Source: Candidatus Saccharimonadota bacterium
GTDB taxonomy: Bacteria; Patescibacteriota; Saccharimonadia; Saccharimonadales; Saccharimonadaceae
Assembly (NCBI GenBank): GCA_017510925.1
Contig: JAFWLT010000006.1
Location: 98,599 to 162,598 of the forward strand
DNA: 64,000 nt
Reading direction: 5' to 3'
Positions 7,819-16,723 of the stretch are shown here, one piece after another. The first letter of the stretch is position 1, and every line of letters starts with the position of its first letter. A model generated the notes under the pieces. It saw nothing but the letters and a program-made list of their open reading frames with translations. It did no database searches and was not told the origin of the DNA. Both the position numbers and the translations under genes were made by a program.

Positions 7819-10059
7819 ATGCCTGCATCGAGACGAAGAAGAAACACCAAAAGAACCACAAAAAGCGCTAAGTCTACACGCTCCAAAGCTGCTAAAAAAG
7901 CAGCCGAAAGAGAAGTAAATAGCGACTACGAACTTCCTGGTGGTTTTTGGCACCAGATCTTCGCCGTTTTGATGATTGCATTATCACTATTTTTTGTAAT
8001 TACTTGGTTTGATCACGGTGGGTCTTTCTTAAATGCCACTCACAAAGTTATTTTAGAAGGGATCGGCATTGCTACCTACGCTATCCCAATGATTTTGGTT
8101 TACCTTGCCGTTAAAATTTTCCGTTCAGACAATAATCGTGTGGCTGTACCAGTTTATATTTTTAGTCTTTTAATGCTTCTATGGATTGCTGGCATCGGTG
8201 CCATTTGGCAAAATGGTGGCGTGGTAGGTGGCTGGCTTAATGGCGTAATGCTCCAAGTCTTAGACCAAGGCTTTGTAATTGTTATTTACATTCTTTTGAT
8301 TTTTATTACTCTAGCATTTATTCTCCAGCTTTCGCCACTAGCGCTCTTTAGAAATACCAAAAACATTGCCAAAAGAGAAAAGAAAGTAAGAGAAGACGAA
8401 AACGAGGAAGACGACGAAAAAGGCCATCTAGAGATTAAAGTGAATTCCGGCACTTCCGAAGTTAAAGCTCCAGCTCTCAAAGTTAAAAAAGGTGGGTTCC
8501 TAAAACGCAAAATTCGCGAACCAGAGCCAGAAAAAGAAGAGAAGAAAGAAGAAAAAACCCCAACTGCACTTGTGGCTGTGGACGATCCAGATTGGAAAAT
8601 GCCACCAATCGACCTTCTTACCAAAAAGCAATCACCGGCAGATGCTGGCAATATCCAGCAGAATGCCATCATCATTAAAGACACCTTCTCGGAATTTGGT
8701 ATTGATGTAGAAATGAAGGGCGCGAATGTTGGCCCTCGCGTCACGCAATATACATTGAAGGCTCCAGGTGGCGTCAACCTTTCTAAGATTGCGGCCCGTG
8801 ACAAAGAGCTTGCCTACAAATTGTCTGCTAAGACCGTTCGTATCGAAGCACCGATTCCAGGTACTCAACTCATTGGCGTAGAAGTGCCAAACATTCGCGC
8901 TGAGGGCGTATCTCTCCGTGGCCTAATAGAGTCCGACGAATGGAAACACGCTCACGACCCACTTACTTTTGCTGTAGGTAAAAACATTTCTGGTAAGCCA
9001 ATTCTTTCAGACCTCACCGATATGCGCCACCTCCTCATTGCTGGTACTACTGGTTCGGGTAAATCTGTAATGACTAATACAATCATTATGTCACTTCTTT
9101 ATCGCAACTCTCCATCAGATATGCGTCTTATTATCGTAGACCCAAAGCGCGTGGAGATGGCTGTTTATAAGGATATCCCACATCTATTAACGCCAATCAT
9201 CAACGATACCACCAAAGCTCTTTCTGCTATGAAGTGGGCAGCTTCCGAAATGGACCGTCGCTACACTATTATGGAAGAGCAAGGCGTCAAAACCATCTCT
9301 GATTACAACGAAAAAATGGCTTCAAAGTCCGACGAAGAAAAGAAAGACGGCGAAAACGGCAAGATGCCATACATCGTAATCGTGATCGACGAAATGTCCG
9401 ATCTTATGATGCAGGCAGGGAAAGAACTAGAACCTTTGATTGTTCGTATTGCTCAGCTCGGTCGTGCTGCTGGTATGCATTTAGTACTTGCTACCCAGAA
9501 GCCTATCGTTAAAGTGATTACCGGTCTTATTAAGGGCAACATCCCGTCTCGTATTGCTTTCCGTGTATTAAGCTCTATGGACTCTCGTATCATTCTCGAT
9601 ACCTCCGGCGCCGAGAAACTCCTTGGTCAGGGCGATATGCTCTTATCAAGCGAGCAAACCTCAAACGGCCCAGAACGTATCCAGGGTGCCTGGACACCAG
9701 ATGGTGACATTAAGAAAGTTACCGATTTCCTTCGCGCTCAACGTCCACCTCAATACAACGAAGAGGTTACCGCCCAAGCTGTCAACATCAAAGGTGGTGG
9801 AGGTGGCGAAGGTGGCGAATTTAGCCGTCGCTATGACCCACAGGACCCACTAGTAAGAAAAGCCGTAGAAATATGTATTAATAACGGCAAATTCTCTACT
9901 TCACTTCTCCAGGCTCACTTAGGTAAAGGACACGGCTACGTTGCTGGTCTCGGTTATTGGCTAGAAAGTATCAATGCTATTGGCCCAGTTAATGGCACTA
10001 AACCACGCGATATTCTCGTCTCCTCAATGGAAGAGTTCGATGAACTTGCCAGCCAGTAA
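7819..10059 (+). CDS. ftsK: DNA translocase FtsK/SpoIIIE
   Basis: Basic N-terminus then TM helices; Walker A GTTGSGKS; Walker B VIVIDEMSD; gamma-like C-terminus. The start is set at ATG 7819 because the longer track ORF overlaps the tRNA. Confidence 0.9.
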   Translation: MPASRRRRNTKRTTKSAKSTRSKAAKKAAEREVNSDYELPGGFWHQIFAVLMIALSLFFVITWFDHGGSFLNATHKVILEGIGIATYAIPMILVYLAVKIFRSDNNRVAVPVYIFSLLMLLWIAGIGAIWQNGGVVGGWLNGVMLQVLDQGFVIVIYILLIFITLAFILQLSPLALFRNTKNIAKREKKVREDENEEDDEKGHLEIKVNSGTSEVKAPALKVKKGGFLKRKIREPEPEKEEKKEEKTPTALVAVDDPDWKMPPIDLLTKKQSPADAGNIQQNAIIIKDTFSEFGIDVEMKGANVGPRVTQYTLKAPGGVNLSKIAARDKELAYKLSAKTVRIEAPIPGTQLIGVEVPNIRAEGVSLRGLIESDEWKHAHDPLTFAVGKNISGKPILSDLTDMRHLLIAGTTGSGKSVMTNTIIMSLLYRNSPSDMRLIIVDPKRVEMAVYKDIPHLLTPIINDTTKALSAMKWAASEMDRRYTIMEEQGVKTISDYNEKMASKSDEEKKDGENGKMPYIVIVIDEMSDLMMQAGKELEPLIVRIAQLGRAAGMHLVLATQKPIVKVITGLIKGNIPSRIAFRVLSSMDSRIILDTSGAEKLLGQGDMLLSSEQTSNGPERIQGAWTPDGDIKKVTDFLRAQRPPQYNEEVTAQAVNIKGGGGGEGGEFSRRYDPQDPLVRKAVEICINNGKFSTSLLQAHLGKGHGYVAGLGYWLESINAIGPVNGTKPRDILVSSMEEFDELASQ

Positions 10060-10106
10060 TAGTTCAACCTATGCGTTTTTCGTGTAAGTTGTGATATAAT
10101 GAGAAT

Positions 10107-11102
10107 ATGGAAAAACAGCTAGAAATCTACAAAATCAACAAAGGCGAAGTGATTTTTGACATAGATGTTGAAGAAGAAACGATTTGGGCAAGTATAGATC
10201 AGATAGCAACCATTTTTGATGTAACTAGAAGAAGTATAGAAATTCACCTAAAAAATGTATATGCCGATGGCGAATTAGATGAAAATCGAACCGCGAAAAA
10301 ATCTTTCGTAGTTCGTCAAGAAGGTACTCGTCAGGTTCGTCGTGAGGTAAATATGTACAACCTTGACGCTATTATCTCTGTCGGTTATCGCGTTAATTCT
10401 AAGAAAGCTACCGATTTTCGTGTCTGGTCTACAAAGGTTCTCCATAATTATCTTACTAAAGGCGTAGCTATCAACGAGAGAAGGCTCAAATCTATAGACT
10501 CCAAGAGATTAAGAGAAGTAGAAAATATGATGGGCGTTGTCAGACGCTTGATTACTCGCCAAGCCCTTGATGCCGGTGAAGCCAACGGCGTTCTCGAGGT
10601 GATTTCCAAATATTCCACCAGCTTCAAAACTTTACAAGAGTACGATGATGGGTATATTGATCTTTCTGGGATAAATAATAAAAGCTCCAAAAAAGAAAAG
10701 AGGCTTACTCCAGATTTTTGTATAGAGGTAATTGACGGTCTCAAAAAGTCCGTGAACGGCAGCGACCTCTTCGGTAAGCCTAGAAACGACGCTTTTAAAG
10801 GTTCAATTGAAAGCATTTATCAGAGCTATAACGGGAAAGATCTTTATAAAACTACTGCCGAAAAAGCTGCTCATCTTTTATATTTTGTTATTAAGGACCA
10901 TCCGTTTTATGACGGTAACAAACGTATCGGTTCGCTTCTTTTTATCGTCTTCCTCACGATGAACGGTGAAAACCTCACAAAGAACGGTGAAACCAAAATT
11001 TCAGATCGCGCTCTTACGGCGTTGGCGCTTCTTATTGCTGAGTCTAATCCATCTGAGAAAGAGCTTATTACCTCTCTTGTCAGAAAACTTCTAGAAGATT
11101 AA
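10107..11102 (+). CDS. RhuM-family protein with C-terminal Fic/Doc-type domain
   Basis: The N-terminus ([20 protein letters not shown]...[18 protein letters not shown]) is RhuM-like. The C-terminal [15 protein letters not shown] matches the Doc-type variant (NKR) of the Fic motif. Confidence 0.75.
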   Translation: MEKQLEIYKINKGEVIFDIDVEEETIWASIDQIATIFDVTRRSIEIHLKNVYADGELDENRTAKKSFVVRQEGTRQVRREVNMYNLDAIISVGYRVNSKKATDFRVWSTKVLHNYLTKGVAINERRLKSIDSKRLREVENMMGVVRRLITRQALDAGEANGVLEVISKYSTSFKTLQEYDDGYIDLSGINNKSSKKEKRLTPDFCIEVIDGLKKSVNGSDLFGKPRNDAFKGSIESIYQSYNGKDLYKTTAEKAAHLLYFVIKDHPFYDGNKRIGSLLFIVFLTMNGENLTKNGETKISDRALTALALLIAESNPSEKELITSLVRKLLED

Positions 11103-11124
11103 AATCTATGGTATAATAATACCA

Positions 11125-12096
11125 ATGGACGAAAAAGATGATATTTTGAATGCAAAAGATGTTATGCTAGATTTTGAGGAACCTGGCGAAGGCGATATAG
11201 AGAACGAGGAAGAACTTTCCGATGAAGACCTTGCCATCACGCCAGAGAACGTAGACGCTTTTGCAGACGACTCCGTGAGATTGTATTTAAGAGAAATTGG
11301 CAAAATCCCACTTCTTACTCCAGAAGAAGAGGCCGACCTTGCTCAGCGCATTGTTAAAGGCGACAAAAAAGCCAAAGACAAGATGGTCGAATCTAATATG
11401 AGACTAGTTGTTTCTATTGCTAAACGTTATGGTGGTCGTGGCCTAGATTTCCTAGACCTCATCCAAGAGGGCAACACCGGGCTTTTGCGTGCCGTAGAAA
11501 AATTCGATCCGAGCAAAGGCTTTAAGTTTTCTACCTATGCCACTTGGTGGGTGCGCCAGGCTATTACTCGTGCTATTGCTGACCAGGCTCGTACCATCCG
11601 TATCCCAGTACATATGGTAGAGACTATCAATAAGGTATTGAGAACTACTCGTAAGCTCACTACAGATCTAAACCGTGAGCCAACCATCGAAGAAATCGCT
11701 AACGAACTCCATATGGAACCAGAAAAGGTAGATTATGTAATGCGCATTAAGCAGGACATCGCTTCACTAGACGCTTCTGTAGGCCGTGATGGCGATGACG
11801 AAGATTCTGTCCTTGGCGATTTTGTAGAAGACGAAGAACGTATTTCTCCAGAAGATTCTGCAGCCAACCAGATCTTAAAGGAACAACTCTCAGAAATTAT
11901 TTCCACTCTCACAGACAGGGAACAAAAGATCATCAGACTTCGTTTTGGTATCGGTGGTGGTCGCCCACACACACTAGAAGAAGTTGGCGCCGAATTCGAT
12001 GTCACCCGTGAACGTATTCGCCAGATTGAGGCAAAAGCCTTATCAAAGCTTCGCAAGAACAAAGAAACCAAAAAACTACACGAGTATTTAAGATAG
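11125..12096 (+). CDS. rpoD: RNA polymerase sigma factor RpoD (primary sigma-70)
   Basis: Acidic N-terminus; regions 2 ([31 protein letters not shown]), 3 and 4 ([24 protein letters not shown]). Confidence 0.95.
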   Translation: MDEKDDILNAKDVMLDFEEPGEGDIENEEELSDEDLAITPENVDAFADDSVRLYLREIGKIPLLTPEEEADLAQRIVKGDKKAKDKMVESNMRLVVSIAKRYGGRGLDFLDLIQEGNTGLLRAVEKFDPSKGFKFSTYATWWVRQAITRAIADQARTIRIPVHMVETINKVLRTTRKLTTDLNREPTIEEIANELHMEPEKVDYVMRIKQDIASLDASVGRDGDDEDSVLGDFVEDEERISPEDSAANQILKEQLSEIISTLTDREQKIIRLRFGIGGGRPHTLEEVGAEFDVTRERIRQIEAKALSKLRKNKETKKLHEYLR

Positions 12097-12105
12097 GAGG
12101 AAAAA

Positions 12106-12387
12106 ATGCAAAATTTTCTAATCAGATTTGCTGCTGAGACAGCCATCCTAAATTCCGACACCGACGTTAGGGGTGTAATTATATTGGTTGTAAACATTTT
12201 TTCCGTGCTCATTGGTATCGCTGGTATTATCGGCATCGTATGGGTTGGTATTCAGTATATGACTGCCGGTGGCAGCGAAGAAAAAACCAGAAAAGCCAAA
12301 CGTCGCCTCTTCGAGATTATCCTTGGCCTTGCTTTGTACGCTGCAAGCTACGCTATTCTCAACTGGCTTCTACCTAACTTCAATTAG
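12106..12387 (+). CDS. small two-TM membrane protein, TrbC/VirB2-like (T4SS pilin-like) pattern
   Basis: 93 aa. SD AGGAGG upstream. Two hydrophobic helices flank GIQYMTAGGSEEKTRKAKRR, as in the pilin-like family seen in CPR genomes. The family assignment is from memory. Confidence 0.45.
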   Translation: MQNFLIRFAAETAILNSDTDVRGVIILVVNIFSVLIGIAGIIGIVWVGIQYMTAGGSEEKTRKAKRRLFEIILGLALYAASYAILNWLLPNFN

Positions 12388-12394
12388 GAGCAAA

Positions 12395-13303
12395 ATGCGT
12401 TTAGTCATTGTATATAATCCAAATTCATCCAATTACCGTCGTGTCAAAAAAGACATTCTAGACGATCGTGAAAACATTTTTAAGGATTATAAACTAGCTG
12501 AATATACCATCAAGAAAATCGGTTTTGAAAACAACGTCAAAAATCTAAAAGAAATTATCAAGGACAAAGATTTGCTCTTGGCCGTAGGTGGCGATGCCAC
12601 TGCAGCTATCACGGCTAATGCCATTATGGAGTCAAAAAAGGACGCAACTTTAGCCGTTCTCCCATATGGCAACTTCAATGACCTTGCCAGGACCCTTGGC
12701 ACTATGAAACTTAGCGACCTAAACCTTGACTCAAAACCAATCAAGCTATACCCACTAAGCATTTCTGTAGACGGTGAGTTTTGGCGCTATGCTACTTGCT
12801 ACGTCACCATTGGTATGACTGCCGAGGCCGTAGAGCTTTTTGACGAACCAAAGTTCAGAAAATATATGCAAAAAGGGCACAAATCCTCTTGGCGCTCCTA
12901 CATCGCCCTCGCTAAATGGTATTTCAAAAATCGCAAGAAGAAAATCTTCCTTCCGGAATTTACTATTAACGGCAAGGCCACGGTTAAGAAAGCCTCAGAC
13001 TATGCAGCCCTTAGTGGCAAATCTATGTGTCGTGTAATGAAGGGCAGATACGATTTCAAAAAGCCAGAAATTTTTAGAAGTAAGGCTTTAAAAACCATCA
13101 GTTTCCCAAGATTGTTTGTGTTAATGACGAGATCAATTTTACATAGAACTCCAGGTGACGAAACCAAGGGCGATATTCTAGAATTTAAAGCTCCAGCTAC
13201 CGTAGAGCTTCAAGCCGAAGGCGAGTATAAAACATTCGAAAACGTGAAGAAGATTGAGGTCAAGAAAGGTAACCAATGTCTGAAAGTGATTCAGAAAGAC
13301 TAA
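12395..13303 (+). CDS. diacylglycerol/lipid kinase catalytic-domain protein (YegS/BmrU-like)
   Basis: Start is ATG 12395 behind AGGAG. LLLAVGGDATAAI is a GGDGT-like motif and LPYGNFNDLARTLG is a GTGNDFAR-like motif. Confidence 0.65.
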   Translation: MRLVIVYNPNSSNYRRVKKDILDDRENIFKDYKLAEYTIKKIGFENNVKNLKEIIKDKDLLLAVGGDATAAITANAIMESKKDATLAVLPYGNFNDLARTLGTMKLSDLNLDSKPIKLYPLSISVDGEFWRYATCYVTIGMTAEAVELFDEPKFRKYMQKGHKSSWRSYIALAKWYFKNRKKKIFLPEFTINGKATVKKASDYAALSGKSMCRVMKGRYDFKKPEIFRSKALKTISFPRLFVLMTRSILHRTPGDETKGDILEFKAPATVELQAEGEYKTFENVKKIEVKKGNQCLKVIQKD

Positions 13304-14085
13304 AACAAGTCATATCCTATATGCAGGCCCATTGGCCAAGCGACGTCAAAGAGGAGTGGCAAGTAAAATTAGAAGAATACCCAGCCATCCTAAACCAAAT
13401 TATCAGAGATTTTACCCCTGAAAAAACTAAGAAAAGAAACCTTATTCGTATAGCCGGTCTTTCTGGCTCTGGCAAAACTTCTCAAATCCTTCCAGCCGTA
13501 GAAAAATATTGTGAAGGATCACGTTTAAACCCTGTGCTTGTGGCAGCTCGTCGTTTTGTAGAATATCATCCATATAAGAAAGAAATAGAAGAAGCATACG
13601 GGGAAGAAAACCTTCGCAAAAAGACCGACGAATTCTCTACTATTATGATGTTTTTGACCATCAATGCGCTTACTAAGCAGGGCTATGATATCATTTTAGA
13701 TGTTACTTTGCTCGCGCCAGAAATCGAGGACATTCTTCTTAATATGCTAAAAGCAAATAATTACAATTCTATGCTACTTATGATCGCTACTAGCCCAACA
13801 GTTACTGAACATTTTCTAGGTGGTCGCTCTTGGCGTCACAGCAAAGAGACAGAGCAAGAATTTATCCGTGCCACCAAAGCTGCACTAGATTTTTATGCCG
13901 AAAATGATGGTAATCTTCACCTAATTTTGTGGAGTGTGTACGATTTAGATCCAATTTATAATGGCCCAGTAAAAGACGGCCTAGAAATCTTCAAAACCTA
14001 CTCAGAAAAAACCGAGCTCCCTCCTCAAAATGACGAGGAAAGAAGGAAAGCTAAAATTCAATTTCTTTCAACACTTTGTCAGTAG
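13276..14085 (+). CDS. zeta-toxin-like / AAA_33 P-loop kinase
   Basis: Walker A GLSGSGKTS with size and layout like zeta-toxin family kinases. Overlaps the upstream gene by 28 nt. The exact start is uncertain. Confidence 0.5.
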   Translation: MSESDSERLKQVISYMQAHWPSDVKEEWQVKLEEYPAILNQIIRDFTPEKTKKRNLIRIAGLSGSGKTSQILPAVEKYCEGSRLNPVLVAARRFVEYHPYKKEIEEAYGEENLRKKTDEFSTIMMFLTINALTKQGYDIILDVTLLAPEIEDILLNMLKANNYNSMLLMIATSPTVTEHFLGGRSWRHSKETEQEFIRATKAALDFYAENDGNLHLILWSVYDLDPIYNGPVKDGLEIFKTYSEKTELPPQNDEERRKAKIQFLSTLCQ

Positions 14086-14617
14086 CTTCTTCGAGCTCTT
14101 CAATAGTGCCATTATTAAGAACGTAATAATCTGCTGCTACAATCGGGCCACCTTTTTCTAGGTTTTCGATCTCAGAACGGTCGCGTTCGCGAATAGCGGC
14201 TGCATCAAAAGCCCTACCAGGGCGAACAGCCACACGTTCGTAGCGAAGACGCTTGTCTACCACTACAGCGAGGAATGTAAGAGCCTTTGGGAATTCGTGT
14301 TTAAGTGTACAATATTCTGTCCAAGAATAAACGCCGTCGAGCACGATTCTTTTTTGTCCAGCAGCGATTAGATCTTTAACCTCAGCAATTACCTGGCGAA
14401 CTACCCAATCTTTGCCTTCTTTTTCACGGATTTCTTCACGGAATTTCTTTTCAGACTCGCCGTCTTCAGTGCGAGGAATGCCACGTTTTTCCATCTCTTT
14501 ATAAATCATCCCACCAAAATATACCTTTGGGTATCCTTTCTCGGTCAAATGATCTACGATTACAGATTTACCACTCCCACTCATCCCCACGATTGCTAAG
14601 ATTTTTACATTATCCAT
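14051..14617 (-). CDS. P-loop nucleotide kinase (dephospho-CoA kinase-like / UPF0200-like)
   Basis: GMSGSGKS Walker A at the N-terminus, then RERDRSEIENLEKGGPIVAADYYVLNNG, typical of the CoaE-like/UPF0200 family. Confidence 0.6.
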   Translation of the reverse strand: MDNVKILAIVGMSGSGKSVIVDHLTEKGYPKVYFGGMIYKEMEKRGIPRTEDGESEKKFREEIREKEGKDWVVRQVIAEVKDLIAAGQKRIVLDGVYSWTEYCTLKHEFPKALTFLAVVVDKRLRYERVAVRPGRAFDAAAIRERDRSEIENLEKGGPIVAADYYVLNNGTIEELEEATDKVLKEIEF

Positions 14618-14650
14618 GGTATCTATTATATCATATGGTATAATGTATCT

Positions 14651-15463
14651 ATGCGTAATTTTTTTACGACTGATGATCCGTTAGACAAGATTATTGAAAA
14701 AACTATGCCCGATAAAAAGGTTCTAAAAACCGAGCACATTTTAACGGGCTGGACCAATATTGTAATAGAGGTGACTACCGACAAAGGTTCGTATTTTTTC
14801 CGTTTTCCAAGAAATCCATTCTGGGCTAGAATGATTGTCAAAGATGCTGCTGTTTGCAACTTCGTAGATGGCAAAACTAGTTACTATACTCCACAAATGA
14901 AGTTGTACTACGACGACAAAAAACGTCCGTATTCTGTGCACAAAAAAATCGAGGGCTACACTCTTGGTGATCGCATTTACCATCTTTCGCACACAGCACT
15001 TACTGGCGTAGCATATGACACGGCTAAGTTTATCAAAGAACTTTCTAACATTGATATTTCTAAAGCTCCAGAAGAAGTCAAAATGCCACTCTCGGAGTTT
15101 TTGTATGAGCTCGACCACGAACACTACAAAAAACATATCGACAAAGACCACGATTATATCAAAAAGACAGAAGAGAACAAGTTGGTCCACGGCGATTTAA
15201 ATCTCGGCAATATTTTGCTCGATGAAAACGACAAAGTCATTGGCGTGATTGACTTTTGTTTTGCTGGTACTGGTAACCCACAAATGGATACAGCCCGGAT
15301 GCTTTCTCGCCCAGTTCCAGAAGAGTTTGAAAAAGCCTTCCTCGCTCAATTCATAGATACCTCCGAGGTCCCTCGTATGAAAACTGCCTGGAAGCATATC
15401 GACGCCGGCTACGCCGAACACATTCGCAGCAATTTCCCCGAAATCAATCTAAATCAACTCTAA
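14651..15463 (+). CDS. aminoglycoside/choline-kinase-type phosphotransferase (APH family)
   Basis: Catalytic loop HGDLNLGNILLD and metal-binding VIGVIDF. Confidence 0.8.
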   Translation: MRNFFTTDDPLDKIIEKTMPDKKVLKTEHILTGWTNIVIEVTTDKGSYFFRFPRNPFWARMIVKDAAVCNFVDGKTSYYTPQMKLYYDDKKRPYSVHKKIEGYTLGDRIYHLSHTALTGVAYDTAKFIKELSNIDISKAPEEVKMPLSEFLYELDHEHYKKHIDKDHDYIKKTEENKLVHGDLNLGNILLDENDKVIGVIDFCFAGTGNPQMDTARMLSRPVPEEFEKAFLAQFIDTSEVPRMKTAWKHIDAGYAEHIRSNFPEINLNQL

Positions 15464-15544
15464 TTTAATTATAAGTAGCAGGTGGGGGGTTGAACTTTTC
15501 TGTTAGGTATGCCTATAATACTCTAATTTAAAATAGGGAGTATT

Positions 15545-16504
15545 ATGCCAAAAAATATTGCAGACAAAATCTATACCATCCGTGGACAAAAAGTGATGTT
15601 AGATTATGATTTAGCAGAACTTTATGGTTACACTACCAGTGCGTTTAACCAACAAGTGAAGAATAATAAAGAAAAATTTGAAGGCGAAGATTTTATGTTT
15701 CGTCTTGCAGAAAAAGATATGTCTATAGTTTTGCTATCAAAAAATTTGACAGCAAAAATAGATGGTCGTGGTGGAGATAGAAGGTTGCCATACGCTTTTA
15801 CTGAATCGGGAATTTATATGTTGATGACCGTATTAAAAGGAGATTTAGCGACTAAACAAAGCAGAGCGCTTATTCGTACGTTTCGAGCCATGAAAGACTA
15901 CATTATCAGCCACCAATCCGTTGTTTCCAAAGTCATAGACAACACCAAAGACATTACCGAGATCAAAACCGAAATCAAACAAATCGCCAGTGAAATGACC
16001 GGTGTAGTCAAAAAATCCGAAATCTCTCCCATTCTTTTAGATTTCGCCAAAGTTGCTGAGACCAAAGAGTTCTTGATTCTAAATGGCGAGCCAGCAAGGG
16101 CCAAAGAAACTTACCAGGATATTTTTAGAAAAGCCAAAAAACGTATATATATTATAGATAATTACATCAGCATCAAGACTCTTCGCCTTCTCCAAGCTGC
16201 CAAGTCAAATATAGAAGTGATATTTTTTAGTGACAATATTGGCAATTGCTTATATGCTAGCGATGTAAAAGACTTCAAAAAGGATCGCAAAGATTTAGAA
16301 ATTAAATTTATCAGAACTAACAATGCTGTGCATGATAGGTTTATCATCGTCGATGGTGAAAAATTTTACCATTGTGGCAGCTCGTCAAAAGATGCAGGGA
16401 AGAGAATCGCCGTCATTCACGAAATCACCGACAAACAAATTGTCAAAACCATCAAAGATATCATCGTCAAAATGGCCAAGAACAAAGAGCTGATTTTAAA
16501 GTAG
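15545..16504 (+). CDS. ORF6N-domain protein fused to a PLD/HKD-like C-terminal domain (HxR variant)
   Basis: The N-terminus (IRGQKVMLDYDLAELYGYTTSAFNQQVKNNKEKF...FMFRL...PYAFTESGIYML) is an ORF6N/KilA-N-related fold. The C-terminal HDRFIIVDGEKFYHCGSSSKDAGKR resembles HxK(x)4D...GSxN with K replaced by R. SD GGGAG upstream. Confidence 0.6.
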   Translation: MPKNIADKIYTIRGQKVMLDYDLAELYGYTTSAFNQQVKNNKEKFEGEDFMFRLAEKDMSIVLLSKNLTAKIDGRGGDRRLPYAFTESGIYMLMTVLKGDLATKQSRALIRTFRAMKDYIISHQSVVSKVIDNTKDITEIKTEIKQIASEMTGVVKKSEISPILLDFAKVAETKEFLILNGEPARAKETYQDIFRKAKKRIYIIDNYISIKTLRLLQAAKSNIEVIFFSDNIGNCLYASDVKDFKKDRKDLEIKFIRTNNAVHDRFIIVDGEKFYHCGSSSKDAGKRIAVIHEITDKQIVKTIKDIIVKMAKNKELILK

Positions 16505-16513
16505 CCCTATCTG

Positions 16514-16522
16514 TGGTATAAT
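16514..16522 (+). promoter_or_regulatory. extended -10 promoter (TGgTATAAT) with no ORF behind it
   Basis: TGG (16514-16516) plus TATAAT (16517-16522). The TTG at 16528 terminates after 4 codons. Confidence 0.55.
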
Positions 16523-16528
16523 TATAGT

Positions 16529-16675
16529 TGTCCAAACTATAATTTAACGCAACAGAAAACAGCAGAATATATCTGTTGTCTATAGTGCTTAGAATCGGGC
16601 GCTGTAGGCAATAGGCACTATGTTCTGTTGTATAAGTAGTTTGGACGCTATCTACAGCGTCCGATTTTGGTTTTG
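16529..16675 (+). ncRNA. candidate structured RNA (cis-regulatory leader or sRNA) ending in an intrinsic terminator
   Basis: Nested perfect helices 16530-16539/16637-16646, 16550-16557/16623-16630, 16559-16566/16572-16579 and 16581-16588/16615-16622. Terminator stem 16643-16649/16656-16662 is followed by GATTTTGGTTTT. Confidence 0.4.
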
Positions 16676-16698
16676 TAGCATGCGTCCATTTTGCACCT

Positions 16699-16722
16699 TT
16701 CTGTTGCGAGAAAGCAACAGAA
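16699..16722 (+). promoter_or_regulatory. perfect 9-bp hairpin/inverted repeat abutting the methyltransferase start codon
   Basis: TTCTGTTGC (16699-16707), loop GAGAAA, GCAACAGAA (16714-22). The ATG lies at 16724. Confidence 0.5.
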
Positions 16723-16723
16723 C

